Assembly (NCBI GenBank): GCA_028698185.1
Contig: JAQVDW010000007.1
Coordinates: 1 to 32,000, forward strand
From: Erysipelotrichaceae bacterium
GTDB taxonomy: Bacteria; Bacillota_I; Bacilli_A; Erysipelotrichales; Coprobacillaceae
Length of the DNA stretch: 32,000 nt
Direction: 5' to 3'
Below, piece after piece: positions 16,505-25,544 of the stretch. The position numbers were made by a program, and so were the translations under genes. The notes below the pieces were generated by a model. The model was not told the origin of the DNA. It saw only the letters and a program-made list of their open reading frames with translations, and searched no databases. Every line of letters begins with the position of its first letter. Within the stretch, counting starts at the first letter, position 1.

Positions 16505-17376
16505 GACTAGTCACTGTCGCAGCCACCCAGATGAGCTGCACCAACGTAATCGAAGAAAATATCGCCAAGGCGGAAAAACTGGTGCGCCAGGCAGCCGCTC
16601 AAGGTGCCAATATCATCCTGATCCAGGAATTGTTTGAAACGCTTTATTTCTGCCAGAAAGAAGATGACAGTTTCTATCAATACGCCAAAGAAACTGAGAC
16701 CAACCTGGCAATCAACCACTTTAAATCCATTGCCAAGGAACTCAATGTGGTCTTGCCTATCAGCTTTTATGAACGGAAAAACAATGCAATGTACAACTCG
16801 ATTGCGATCATCGACGCAACCGGCGAAGTACTTGGTGTCTACCGCAAGAGCCATATTCCTGACGGACCGGGCTATGAGGAAAAATATTATTTCAGCCCGG
16901 GCGATACCGGATTCAAAGTCTGGGACACAAAGTTTGGCAAGATCGGTGTAGGAATATGCTGGGACCAGTGGTTCCCTGAAGCAGCCCGGATCATGGCTTT
17001 GATGGGTGCGGAAATCATCTTCTACCCGACCGCCATCGGTTCCGAACCGGAAAATCCTGCCGTTGATTCCAAAGACCACTGGCAACGGTGCATGATCGGA
17101 CATTCGGCAAGCAATCTTGTTCCGGTTGTCGCTTCCAACCGTATCGGCAGCGAAACTTTCGGTGATTCGACCATCACTTTCTACGGTTCTTCGTTCATTA
17201 CCAATGCCACCGGTGAAAAAATTGCCGAAGCCTCACGTGGTGAACAGGAAATCCTGATCGCCCAACTTGATCTCGATGCCTTGATGAAACAAAGACTCGA
17301 ATGGGGACTGTTCCGAGACCGTCGTCCGGAATTGTACGGTCCAATCATGACTCTTGACGGGGAAGTTAAAAAGTAA
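16501..17376 (+). CDS. aguB: N-carbamoylputrescine amidase (CN-hydrolase/nitrilase superfamily)
   Basis: The Glu-Lys-Cys triad contexts are IQELFET, YRKSHIP and VGICWDQWFPE. An ATGA start/stop overlap with aguA indicates translational coupling. Confidence 0.85.
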   Translation: MRLVTVAATQMSCTNVIEENIAKAEKLVRQAAAQGANIILIQELFETLYFCQKEDDSFYQYAKETETNLAINHFKSIAKELNVVLPISFYERKNNAMYNSIAIIDATGEVLGVYRKSHIPDGPGYEEKYYFSPGDTGFKVWDTKFGKIGVGICWDQWFPEAARIMALMGAEIIFYPTAIGSEPENPAVDSKDHWQRCMIGHSASNLVPVVASNRIGSETFGDSTITFYGSSFITNATGEKIAEASRGEQEILIAQLDLDALMKQRLEWGLFRDRRPELYGPIMTLDGEVKK

Positions 17377-17396
17377 CCGCAAAAGGAGAGGACAAA

Positions 17397-17738
17397 TTGG
17401 CAAAGATCGAACATTATCTCACTGGTGACTTTGATGAGATGATCGCCTTAATCGAACGTGAAATTCTCAAAAAGAACTTCTCAGCCAGTCTTGAAGATGG
17501 CAGCGATTTTGACGATGGCAGCGTCAAAGTTGCAATACGCGTTTTTGAGCGGTACAGTTATCTAGGAAAAAACCGACTTAGTCTTAATGTCACTTTGGTA
17601 AACAGCCAAGGCCGACTGTTTCTAAGCGCCATCACCGCAGGCGGTTCCCAGGCTGTCTTTTTCAAAGTAAACACCTGGGGTGAGGAAAACTTCCTCTTGT
17701 TTTTCCAAAACATCATCGAACCCTATATAATCAACTAG
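17397..17738 (+). CDS. Small conserved hypothetical protein (113 aa; reminiscent of the DUF6054 family, not verifiable here)
   Basis: The TTG start has a strong RBS, AAAGGAGAGG, 7 nt upstream and lies 20 nt after aguB. There are no TM segments, and composition matches its neighbours. Confidence 0.6.
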   Translation: MAKIEHYLTGDFDEMIALIEREILKKNFSASLEDGSDFDDGSVKVAIRVFERYSYLGKNRLSLNVTLVNSQGRLFLSAITAGGSQAVFFKVNTWGEENFLLFFQNIIEPYIIN

Positions 17739-17777
17739 TAAAACTGCACTATAGCAAGGGCAGTAGGAAAGGCAGTT

Positions 17778-18797
17778 ATGAATAAAGAATATATATTGGA
17801 ATTGACCAAAGAAATATTGGCTATTGATTCACCCAGCGGCTATACCCGCGATGTGATTGAGCGGATCGCCAAGGAGGCACAGAAATACAATCTGCGCTAT
17901 GAGCACACAAAAAAAGGCAACCTGATGGTTCACCTTGAGGGCATTGGAAAGACTAAGCTTGGCATCACCTGCCATGTCGACACACTAGGTCTGATGGTCC
18001 GCTCGATCAAGGAGACGACCCTGAAGGTCACCAATATCGGCGGCCCTTTGATTCCGACCCTGGACGGGGCTTATTGCACCATCCATACCCGGGACAACAA
18101 ACGGTACACCGGTACGATCCTGTCAACCGCTCCGGCAGCCCATGTATACAGCGATGCCGCCACCAAGGTCCGCGACATCGACAATATCGAGATCCGGATT
18201 GACGAGGTTGTCAAGACAAAGGAAGACATCCAGAAACTTGGAATCCAGAACGGCGACTACGTCTGCATCGATCCCAAGACAACGATTACCAACAACGGTT
18301 TTATCAAATCGCGCTTTCTCGATGACAAACTCTCTGTTGCCTGCATCTTCGGCTATATCGACCATATGCAAAGAAACAATATCCAACCGAACCAGGACAT
18401 CGTCTTCATCTTCTCGACTTATGAGGAGGTCGGTCACGGGGCGAGTTTCATCCCCGAGGTCGATGAGCTTATCGCCTGCGACATGGGCTGTATCGGCGAT
18501 GACCTGGCCTGCAGCGAATATGATGTTTCCATCTGCGCCAAGGATTCCAGCGGTCCCTACAATTATGAAATGACAAGCAGGCTGATGGAACTGGCCAAAC
18601 AGGAAAAACTCAACTACGCAGTCGACATCTATCCGTTCTATGGTTCCGATGCTTCGGCAGCAATGCGGGCGGGCAATGATGCCCGCCACGCGCTTATCGG
18701 ACCGGGCGTCCACGCTTCCCATGGAATGGAGCGCAGCCATATCGACGGTGTGATCAACACAATCAAGCTCCTGGTAGCTTACACGACAAAGCGATAA
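17778..18797 (+). CDS. M42-family metallo-aminopeptidase (glutamyl aminopeptidase/FrvX/YsdC-like)
   Basis: LTKEILAIDSPSGYTRDV, CHVDTLGLMV, RFLDDKLSVA, TYEEVGHGAS and GPGVHASHGMERSHIDG match the M42 metal-ligand blocks. The 339-aa length is typical. Confidence 0.85.
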   Translation: MNKEYILELTKEILAIDSPSGYTRDVIERIAKEAQKYNLRYEHTKKGNLMVHLEGIGKTKLGITCHVDTLGLMVRSIKETTLKVTNIGGPLIPTLDGAYCTIHTRDNKRYTGTILSTAPAAHVYSDAATKVRDIDNIEIRIDEVVKTKEDIQKLGIQNGDYVCIDPKTTITNNGFIKSRFLDDKLSVACIFGYIDHMQRNNIQPNQDIVFIFSTYEEVGHGASFIPEVDELIACDMGCIGDDLACSEYDVSICAKDSSGPYNYEMTSRLMELAKQEKLNYAVDIYPFYGSDASAAMRAGNDARHALIGPGVHASHGMERSHIDGVINTIKLLVAYTTKR

Positions 18798-18822
18798 ATC
18801 CTCCCTTGCGGGAGGATTTTTC
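18797..18822. terminator. Bidirectional rho-independent terminator between the convergent M42 peptidase and hsp20 genes
   Basis: AATCCTCCC-TTGC-GGGAGGATT is a perfect 9-bp GC-rich stem. It is followed by TTTTTC on the plus strand and by TTTAT on the minus strand. It fills the entire 25-nt gap between the two stop codons. Confidence 0.8.
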
Positions 18823-19236
18823 TTATTCCTTAATTTCGATTGATTTGACATCCTTGGTTTCAATGGCCGGTTCCTTTTTAGGTACTTTGATTACCAGTTC
18901 ACCATTTTTGAAAGTTGCGTCGATATCTTCTTCGCTCACCTGGTCACCTACAAAGAACTGGCGGGTGCAAGAACCTGAATATCTTTCTTTCTTGATAATC
19001 ACACCTTCATCGTCTTTTGTTTCCTTGTCTTCTTCGCGGGCCGCCTTGACGGTAAGATATCCGTCTTTCAGGCTCAAATCGATATTATCTTTGGCATATC
19101 CCGGCAATTCTAGAGCAAGGGTATATTCGCTGTCAGATTCCTTGATATCGGTCTTCATAACCTTGAAGCTTTCACCATTCGGTGCGATTTCATCAAAAAT
19201 GTCATCAAACAAACTAAGTCGCGGTAAAAATCTCAT
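18823..19236 (-). CDS. Hsp20/alpha-crystallin-family small heat-shock protein
   Basis: The alpha-crystallin domain is MKTDIKESDSEYTLALELPGYAKDNIDLSLKDGYLTVKA...GSCTRQFFVGDQVSEEDIDATFKNGELVIKVPK. I prefer the start at ATG 19236 because AAGGAG directly abuts the upstream ATG at 19245 and sits 9 nt from this one. Confidence 0.85.
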   Translation of the reverse strand: MRFLPRLSLFDDIFDEIAPNGESFKVMKTDIKESDSEYTLALELPGYAKDNIDLSLKDGYLTVKAAREEDKETKDDEGVIIKKERYSGSCTRQFFVGDQVSEEDIDATFKNGELVIKVPKKEPAIETKDVKSIEIKE

Positions 19237-19277
19237 AAAATTCATCTCCTTTTAATTTACTTTTACCTTCTACAAAG

Positions 19278-19305
19278 ATTATATCACTTTTGTCATAACT
19301 GTCAA
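19278..19305 (-). promoter_or_regulatory. Strong sigma-A-type promoter of hsp20
   Basis: On the minus strand: TTGACA (19300-19305), a 16-nt spacer ending in TGA, then TATAAT (19278-19283). I see no CIRCE-like inverted repeat. Confidence 0.6.
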
Positions 19306-19363
19306 TCGGCAGCGCTTCCAATGAATGAAAAACATTGAACCAATCGCCACAATTTGGACCCGC

Positions 19364-19398
19364 CCAAACAAAAAAACCATCATTTTCCGATGGTTTTT
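19364..19398 (-). terminator. Rho-independent terminator ending the FAS operon/77-aa ORF transcript
   Basis: The minus strand reads AAAACCATC-GGAAAAT-GATGGTTTT followed by TTTGTTTG. The TGA stop of the 77-aa ORF lies in the loop-proximal part of the hairpin. Confidence 0.7.
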
Positions 19399-19613
19399 AT
19401 CCTGGTGCTGTAAATCGGGAATTCCATTTGGGAAAAAATTCCTTCCAGTTCTACTTGGGTAACCCGGTTTTCATCGAAATCCAGATAAACCCTGTTTTCC
19501 GGGCATGACGCGATGCAGCTAACAACCCCTTCCACAAAGGAAAAACGATTGTTGATCCTGTTTTCCCCAAGATAGCAGGTATCGAAAAACGTCTCTATCT
19601 CCAGTCTTTTCAT
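19380..19613 (-). CDS. Hypothetical small protein (77 aa)
   Basis: An RBS GAGGTAAG lies 5 nt before the ATG. A terminator lies at its 3' end, and no terminator separates it from birA. I recognise no family. Confidence 0.5.
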   Translation of the reverse strand: MKRLEIETFFDTCYLGENRINNRFSFVEGVVSCIASCPENRVYLDFDENRVTQVELEGIFSQMEFPIYSTRIKTIGK

Positions 19614-19675
19614 AATCTTACCTCGACTCTTTCAAGATTAGATTATAGAAGAATGTTAAAGGAAATGCAAACAAT

Positions 19676-20347
19676 CTACTTCTTCAATGAAAAGACCGTC
19701 ATATTGATTGCATGTTCCAATCCGTCTTTTAGGTAATGGAGATTGCCGGATTCGTCGAGATGTTTGACGACAATCAAACCCAGGCCCTTGACTTCGACTT
19801 CCCGATCATAGAGATAGGAATTGACATTGCAGTATTCCAGCACCTTTGAATAATCTTCGCTCAGCGTATCGAGAATCTTGGTCGCAATGATCCGGGCCAG
19901 TTGCGTCTTCTCGACCTCGATCCCGGTTTTTTCATACTGTTCGAAATCCTCAGCCAAATTGACTCCGATCCCGACAATGAATTTGCCATCCCGGTAGTCG
20001 ATCAGGATGCCGGCAATTTTTTTTTGGAGATAGATGTCGTTGGGCCACTTTATCAATGTTTCCAGTCCGTAGTCCTGGAGGGTTTGATTCAATGCCTTGG
20101 CCAGATAAAGGGCGACCCGGTGACTTTCAGCCGGTGTGGTCTGGTGGTTGAAGACAAAAGTAAAGGCCAGATTTTTTGAAGAATCCAGCCATTTGCTTTG
20201 TTGCCTGCCATAGCCAGCTTTCTGGCTGGTGCAGGTTATCAACGTATTTTTTGAGAAGAGACCGAGATTTTCCAGCGCGAACCGCTGGGTCGAATCGACC
20301 TCCTCCAAATGGATTAATTGATAGCGAACGTCAGCTCTGCTTGACAT
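19676..20347 (-). CDS. birA: Biotin--[acetyl-CoA-carboxylase] ligase, class I (no N-terminal HTH domain)
   Basis: The ATP/biotin loop is [12 protein letters not shown], and KWPNDIY and GIGVN blocks are present. At 223 aa it has catalytic and C-terminal domains only. The start overlaps the fabZ 3' end by 34 nt. Confidence 0.85.
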   Translation of the reverse strand: MSSRADVRYQLIHLEEVDSTQRFALENLGLFSKNTLITCTSQKAGYGRQQSKWLDSSKNLAFTFVFNHQTTPAESHRVALYLAKALNQTLQDYGLETLIKWPNDIYLQKKIAGILIDYRDGKFIVGIGVNLAEDFEQYEKTGIEVEKTQLARIIATKILDTLSEDYSKVLEYCNVNSYLYDREVEVKGLGLIVVKHLDESGNLHYLKDGLEHAINMTVFSLKK

Positions 20348-20739
20348 ACCAATTTACCGTCAACGTAAGCCTTGGCATCTCCTTTGCCGATTGCTCCACG
20401 CTGTTTAGTCAAGGTGCAATGCAGCTCGACCACGTCACCAGGTTTTACTTGTCCCTTGAAGCGGCATTTGTCGACTCCACCAAAGAATACAAGTTTGCCT
20501 TCATTGCCTTCTTTGGTCAAAATGGCGATACAACCTACTTGAGCCAGAGCTTCGACAATCAGCACCCCGGGCATCACATGATATTCAGGGAAATGTCCCA
20601 GAAATTGCATCTCATTGACGCTGACGCATTTGCGCCCGATGGCCATTTCACCTGGTTTGTAATCGATGATGCGGTCAACCAGGGCGAACGGATAACGATG
20701 AGGATTGATTTTCGCGATTTGATTGCTGTCTAATTCCAT
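20314..20739 (-). CDS. fabZ: 3-hydroxyacyl-ACP dehydratase
   Basis: LVDRI, the catalytic His in [19 protein letters not shown], and FKGQVKPGD are present. The 141-aa length is typical. Confidence 0.95.
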   Translation of the reverse strand: MELDSNQIAKINPHRYPFALVDRIIDYKPGEMAIGRKCVSVNEMQFLGHFPEYHVMPGVLIVEALAQVGCIAILTKEGNEGKLVFFGGVDKCRFKGQVKPGDVVELHCTLTKQRGAIGKGDAKAYVDGKLVCQAELTFAIN

Positions 20740-20740
20740 C

Positions 20741-21961
20741 TTATTTCACCTTCTTGAAAACAACGGTTGCGTTGTGTCCACCAAATCCCAATGAGTTTGA
20801 AAGGATGATGTTGATGTCTTTTTGCCGTGGGGTATTAGGACATACATCAAGGTAGCATTCTTCATCAACAACCTGATAGTTGATTGTCGGTGGCACGATA
20901 TTTTCATTCATCGCATCGATTGAGATGATTGCTTCGATCGCTCCGGTTGCCCCCAGACAGTGACCGTGGTTACCCTTGGTCGAAGAGATGACAACGTCCT
21001 TGCCAAATACATTGGCAATCGCCTTTGTCTCGATTTTGTCGTTAAGGTAGGTTGAAGTGCCGTGGGTGTTGATGTAGTCAACATCCCCAGGCTGGATTCC
21101 GGCATCATTAAGTGCGTTTTCAATGGCCTTTTGCCCGCCGCTTCCATCTTCCAATGGCGCTGTGATATGGTGAGCGTCGCAGCTTGTTCCATAACCGATC
21201 ACTTCGGCATAGATTTTAGCGCCACGTTTTTTGGCATGTTCGTATTCTTCCAATACCAGGATTCCGGAACCTTCGCCGATGACAAATCCGTTTCTTTCCT
21301 TGTCGAAAGGAATCGATGCACGTTTTGGATCTTCGCTGGTCGAAAGAGCTTTTAAAGCCGAGAACCCACCTACTCCAAGTGGAGTGATGCAGGCTTCTGC
21401 CCCACCGACAAGCATAACGTCTTCGTAACCGTCACGGATTACCCGGAAACCGTCACCGATGGCATTGGTGGCACCAGCACAAGCAGTTACCACACAAGTA
21501 CACATCCCTTTGGCTCCGGTTGCGATAGCCAGCTGCCCGGCTGCCATGTTTACAATGGCATTAGGCACGAAGAATGGAGAAACGCGTTCCATTCCTTTTT
21601 TCAGTCCTTTTGAATGGTTTGTTTCGATTGTATCGATACCTCCGATTCCTGAAGAAACGTTGACACCCATGCGTGTTTTGTCAACTTCATCCAGGTTGGC
21701 ATCGTTGTAAGCTTCCCTACCGGCGATCAGAGCCAGTTGGATAAAGCGGTCAGTCTTGCTGGCAACTTTTTTGTCTAGATATTCGTTAGGGTCGAAGTTT
21801 TTAACCTCTGCCGCCAGCTTCACTTTAAAATCAGTCGTATCAAAAGCAGTAATGCGGTCGATTCCGCAAACACCGTTTTTAATCGCTTCAAATGTTTCTT
21901 TGTTATTATGTCCCAAAGAGTTGATAGTACCAACTCCAGTTACGACAACTCGTCTTTTCAT
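20741..21961 (-). CDS. fabF: Beta-ketoacyl-ACP synthase II
   Basis: [11 protein letters not shown], the active-site Cys in [14 protein letters not shown], the two His contexts [12 protein letters not shown] and [12 protein letters not shown], and the C-terminal [15 protein letters not shown] are all present. Confidence 0.95.
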   Translation of the reverse strand: MKRRVVVTGVGTINSLGHNNKETFEAIKNGVCGIDRITAFDTTDFKVKLAAEVKNFDPNEYLDKKVASKTDRFIQLALIAGREAYNDANLDEVDKTRMGVNVSSGIGGIDTIETNHSKGLKKGMERVSPFFVPNAIVNMAAGQLAIATGAKGMCTCVVTACAGATNAIGDGFRVIRDGYEDVMLVGGAEACITPLGVGGFSALKALSTSEDPKRASIPFDKERNGFVIGEGSGILVLEEYEHAKKRGAKIYAEVIGYGTSCDAHHITAPLEDGSGGQKAIENALNDAGIQPGDVDYINTHGTSTYLNDKIETKAIANVFGKDVVISSTKGNHGHCLGATGAIEAIISIDAMNENIVPPTINYQVVDEECYLDVCPNTPRQKDINIILSNSLGFGGHNATVVFKKVK

Positions 21962-22668
21962 TATACCATTCCCCCATCAACACTAATGACTTGCCCAGTA
22001 ATATAACTTGCATTATCGCTTGCCAGGAAGCTTACTGTTTTCGCCACATCTTCTACCGTTCCAAATCGTTGCATTGGAATATTTTTCATAATGTTTTGTT
22101 TTTGTTCATCGCTCAGTTCATCGGTCATGTCCGATTGGATGAAACCTGGTGCCACACAGTTAACTGTGATATTGCGAGTGGCAACCTCTTTGGCCAATGA
22201 TTTTGAAAAACCAATGACTCCGGCCTTGCTTGCGGCATAGTTGCACTGACCGGCATTTCCAGTGATTCCTACAACTGAAGAGATGTTGACAATCTTCCCG
22301 AAACGTTTTTTCATCATCGGTTTGACTGCCGCCTTACACATGTTGTAAACACCTTTCAGGTTGGTGTTGATGACCATATCGAAATCTTCTTCTTTCATCC
22401 GCATCAACAAACCGTCACGGGTGATTCCCGCATTGTTGACCAGGACGTCGATTTTGCCTTGGGCGGCCACGATCTCGTCGATCATTCTAGAGCAATCTTC
22501 CAGTGATGCGATATCACCTTTGATTGTTTTTACATAATCACCAGTTACAACATCGATTGTTGAACGGTAATTATAGTAAACGACATAACCTTCGCTTGCC
22601 AGTTGGTCAGCGATGGCCCGGCCGATCCCGCGCGTGGCACCTGTTACTAATGCTACTTTGTCTGCCAT
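21961..22668 (-). CDS. fabG: 3-oxoacyl-ACP reductase (SDR)
   Basis: VTGATRGIG, NNAGI and the catalytic YAASKAG are present. A TAATG stop/start overlap links it to fabF. Confidence 0.95.
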   Translation of the reverse strand: MADKVALVTGATRGIGRAIADQLASEGYVVYYNYRSTIDVVTGDYVKTIKGDIASLEDCSRMIDEIVAAQGKIDVLVNNAGITRDGLLMRMKEEDFDMVINTNLKGVYNMCKAAVKPMMKKRFGKIVNISSVVGITGNAGQCNYAASKAGVIGFSKSLAKEVATRNITVNCVAPGFIQSDMTDELSDEQKQNIMKNIPMQRFGTVEDVAKTVSFLASDNASYITGQVISVDGGMV

Positions 22669-23573
22669 AATTCAATTACCTTTTCTAAACTTTCTTGATC
22701 GACAATTGAGTAAGTGTTCAATTTGCGATCAACTTTTTTCACAAAATTGCTTAATGTCTTGTTTGGTCCGATTTCAATGAAAGTGTCCACTCCCTGGCTG
22801 ACCAGATAGTTCAATGTTTTTTCAAATTGAACCGGTTCCTTGACTTGACGCGCCAGCAGGTCCTTGACTTCCCCAAAAACCAGCGGTTCTCCGGTCGTAT
22901 TCATGATTACCGGGATATTGTTTTCATTGAAAGCAACTGTTTCGAACTTTCCTTGCAGATCCAGGCTGGCCTTTTCTAGAAGGCTGGTATGGAAAGGGCC
23001 TGATGTGTTAAGTTCGATCAGACGTTTGATTTTGCCTTCAGCCAGCTCCTTGAACTGGTCGATGGCTTTGACTTCACCGGCAACGACATATTGTCCCGGG
23101 CAGTTGTAATTTGAGATAGCCAGATAACCGGCATCCACCTGTGCGATGATCTCGTTGATCAGCTCCACATCCGGAGTCAGACATGCTACCATTTTCGACT
23201 CGATTCCCTTTGCGGCATTGGTCATGGCCACACCCCTGAAGCGAGTCAAATCAAGCACCGTCAATGCATCGAATACGCCGGCATAATACAATGCCGAATA
23301 TTCACCAAGTGAAAGCCCACATGTGTATTCAGCTTTGACTCCCGCCTGTTCCAAAAGACGAGTCACCATGACATGGTAAGCCACCAGACAAGGCTGGGTG
23401 AATTCTGTCTCGCTCAATGTTTCCAACGGTCCTTCAAACATCAGCTTTTTAAGGTCGAAGTCCAATGCGACGCTATCCAAGAAAGTTCTTGAATCTTCGT
23501 TGTTTTCATAGAACGATTGGCCCATTCCGACTAGTTGCGACCCTTGTCCCGAATATAAGAATGCCACTTTCAT
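22653..23573 (-). CDS. fabD: ACP S-malonyltransferase
   Basis: FLYSGQGSQ, the active-site GLSLGEYSAL and GPFHTSLL are present. Confidence 0.95.
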   Translation of the reverse strand: MKVAFLYSGQGSQLVGMGQSFYENNEDSRTFLDSVALDFDLKKLMFEGPLETLSETEFTQPCLVAYHVMVTRLLEQAGVKAEYTCGLSLGEYSALYYAGVFDALTVLDLTRFRGVAMTNAAKGIESKMVACLTPDVELINEIIAQVDAGYLAISNYNCPGQYVVAGEVKAIDQFKELAEGKIKRLIELNTSGPFHTSLLEKASLDLQGKFETVAFNENNIPVIMNTTGEPLVFGEVKDLLARQVKEPVQFEKTLNYLVSQGVDTFIEIGPNKTLSNFVKKVDRKLNTYSIVDQESLEKVIELWQTK

Positions 23574-24607
23574 AGGTAATCCTCCATCAATTCCTCAATC
23601 AGTTGTTTTACCGGAACTATTTCCGTGATCCGGTATCCGTTCACGCCACTGAAAACCAATCCGTTTTCAATGTCACCGTTGACCGCATTGACCAAAGCTT
23701 GGGAAATGCAGTAAGGAGTGTCGGGATAGTTGCATGGAATCAGACAGTTGGTACATTTGACGATGTCCGGTTTTCTTTCCTTCAAGGCCTTGGTGAATTT
23801 GGTATTGATGCAACGGCCGTCAAGTCCCACCGGAGAGATCACGAAATCAATATCATCTTTTGAAGCGTTTACGAATACCTGTTTGAAGGCATCGCTGGCA
23901 TCACATTCGTCAGTTGCGATGAACCGGGTTGCCATTTGCACCCCGCTTGCTCCCAAATCCATGAAATGTTTGATGTCTTCCTTGTCGTAGATACCTCCGG
24001 CAACGAAAACCGGGATATCCAATTCCTTTTGCCTGAGTAGGTCAAGACAGTCTTTAAGGATGTCTTCTAGAGGCTGGATGTTGCCAGTGGCAATGTCCTT
24101 TTTCGAGAAGCCAAGATGACCACCGGCCTTGAAGCCTTCGATCACGATAAAATCAGGCAGACGTTTGGCCTTCTTTTGCCAAGCGCGCAAGATCAGATTC
24201 AAGGCCTTGGCTGAAGAGACGATCGGTGCCAACGCGACATCGGCATCGCCGACGATTTCCGGCAATGACAATGGCAGTCCGGCTCCCGAAATGATCGCAT
24301 CGATACCTGACTCGACCGCGGTAGTGATCATCTGTTTGTAATCGGTACCTGCGACCATCGCATTGATGGCAATCATTCCGTTGCCCTTTGAAATTTCTCT
24401 GGCTTTTTTGATTTCCTCTTTCAAAGCATCGATATTCTTTTCGAACTGGCTTCTTTTTGAAAAATCACGGAAGCCGATCTGCGCAGTTGAAATTACCCCC
24501 ATGCAATTGTTTAAGGCGACATTTCCCGCAAGCCTCGACAAGGAAACGCCAACCCCCATTCCACCTTGAATCAAAGGCAGAATGGTCTTTGAACGAATTT
24601 TAACCAT
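23570..24607 (-). CDS. Nitronate monooxygenase/FabK-family flavoprotein, a long paralogue (345 aa) with a C-terminal CX2CX3CX7C motif. It may be a second enoyl-ACP reductase.
   Basis: The TIM-barrel FMN motifs are PLIQGGMGVG, IVIEGFKAGGHLG and GASGVQMATRF. Four clustered Cys (C285, C288, C292, C300) are encoded at 23708-23755. The gene sits between fabK and fabD with overlapping start and stop codons. Confidence 0.75.
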   Translation of the reverse strand: MVKIRSKTILPLIQGGMGVGVSLSRLAGNVALNNCMGVISTAQIGFRDFSKRSQFEKNIDALKEEIKKAREISKGNGMIAINAMVAGTDYKQMITTAVESGIDAIISGAGLPLSLPEIVGDADVALAPIVSSAKALNLILRAWQKKAKRLPDFIVIEGFKAGGHLGFSKKDIATGNIQPLEDILKDCLDLLRQKELDIPVFVAGGIYDKEDIKHFMDLGASGVQMATRFIATDECDASDAFKQVFVNASKDDIDFVISPVGLDGRCINTKFTKALKERKPDIVKCTNCLIPCNYPDTPYCISQALVNAVNGDIENGLVFSGVNGYRITEIVPVKQLIEELMEDYL

Positions 24608-25544
24608 TTACGATTTCCTCAATATTCTGGTATTGTTGTTTACAATCTTTCATCAGTTTTTCAAAAACGTTTTCGATTGTATCTAATTTTTCTATCATTC
24701 CGGCAACCTGGCCAGCCATCAGCGAACCTTCCTTGACATTTCCTTCCTTGACCGCTTTGCGCAGCGATCCCAAAGTGAATGATTCAAGTTCCATCATTGA
24801 TTTGCCTTCTTTTTCAAGCTTAACATATTCCTTTGTCATCGGATTCTTGATTGAGCGCACTGGTGTGCCCGCAATTCTGCCGGTGACGATGGTCGAAGTG
24901 TCTTTGGCTTTCAATATTGCCTGTTTGTAATTTTCATGGATCGGACACTCATAAGTTCCCAGCAGGACAGTACCCACTTGAACCCCGATAGCGCCCAAGG
25001 CAAATGCCGCCAGCATTTGGGCACCTGAAGCGATTCCCCCGGCAGCGATAACCGGAATCTTGACTTCCTTGATTACCTGAGGTACCAGAGCCATTGTCGT
25101 AAGTTCTCCGATATGCCCTCCGGCTTCGGTTCCTTCGACGATGATTCCGTCAACACCAAGTCCTTCCATCCGTTTGGCCAGGGCCACGGAAGGAACAACC
25201 GGGAAGACTCTGATCCCGTTCTCCTTGAATTTTTCGATGTACTTGGCCGGATTGCCGGCACCTGTAGTGACGATCTTGACTCCTTTGGCGATCAATACAT
25301 CAACCAAAGCGTCACAGTGAGGATTCATCAGCATGATGTTCACTCCAAATGGCTTGTCAGTAACCGATTTGGCAATCTCGATTTCCTTTTCCAAACCCAT
25401 CGGATCAAGCGATCCCGCTGCAATCAGACCAAGGCCGCCTGCATTGGCTACCTGAGCCGCAAATTCTCCCGTGGCGATATTTGCCATACCGCCCTGGATG
25501 ATTGGATATTTAATGTTTAACAACTTATCTAAGCGCGTATTCAA
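24600..25544 (-). CDS. fabK: Enoyl-ACP reductase II (FMN-dependent)
   Basis: YPIIQGGMANIATGEFAAQVANAGGLGLIAAG, GIIVEGTEAGGHIG and IGVQVGTVLL are present. The 314-aa length and fab-cluster context match canonical FabK. Confidence 0.9.
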   Translation of the reverse strand: MNTRLDKLLNIKYPIIQGGMANIATGEFAAQVANAGGLGLIAAGSLDPMGLEKEIEIAKSVTDKPFGVNIMLMNPHCDALVDVLIAKGVKIVTTGAGNPAKYIEKFKENGIRVFPVVPSVALAKRMEGLGVDGIIVEGTEAGGHIGELTTMALVPQVIKEVKIPVIAAGGIASGAQMLAAFALGAIGVQVGTVLLGTYECPIHENYKQAILKAKDTSTIVTGRIAGTPVRSIKNPMTKEYVKLEKEGKSMMELESFTLGSLRKAVKEGNVKEGSLMAGQVAGMIEKLDTIENVFEKLMKDCKQQYQNIEEIVNG

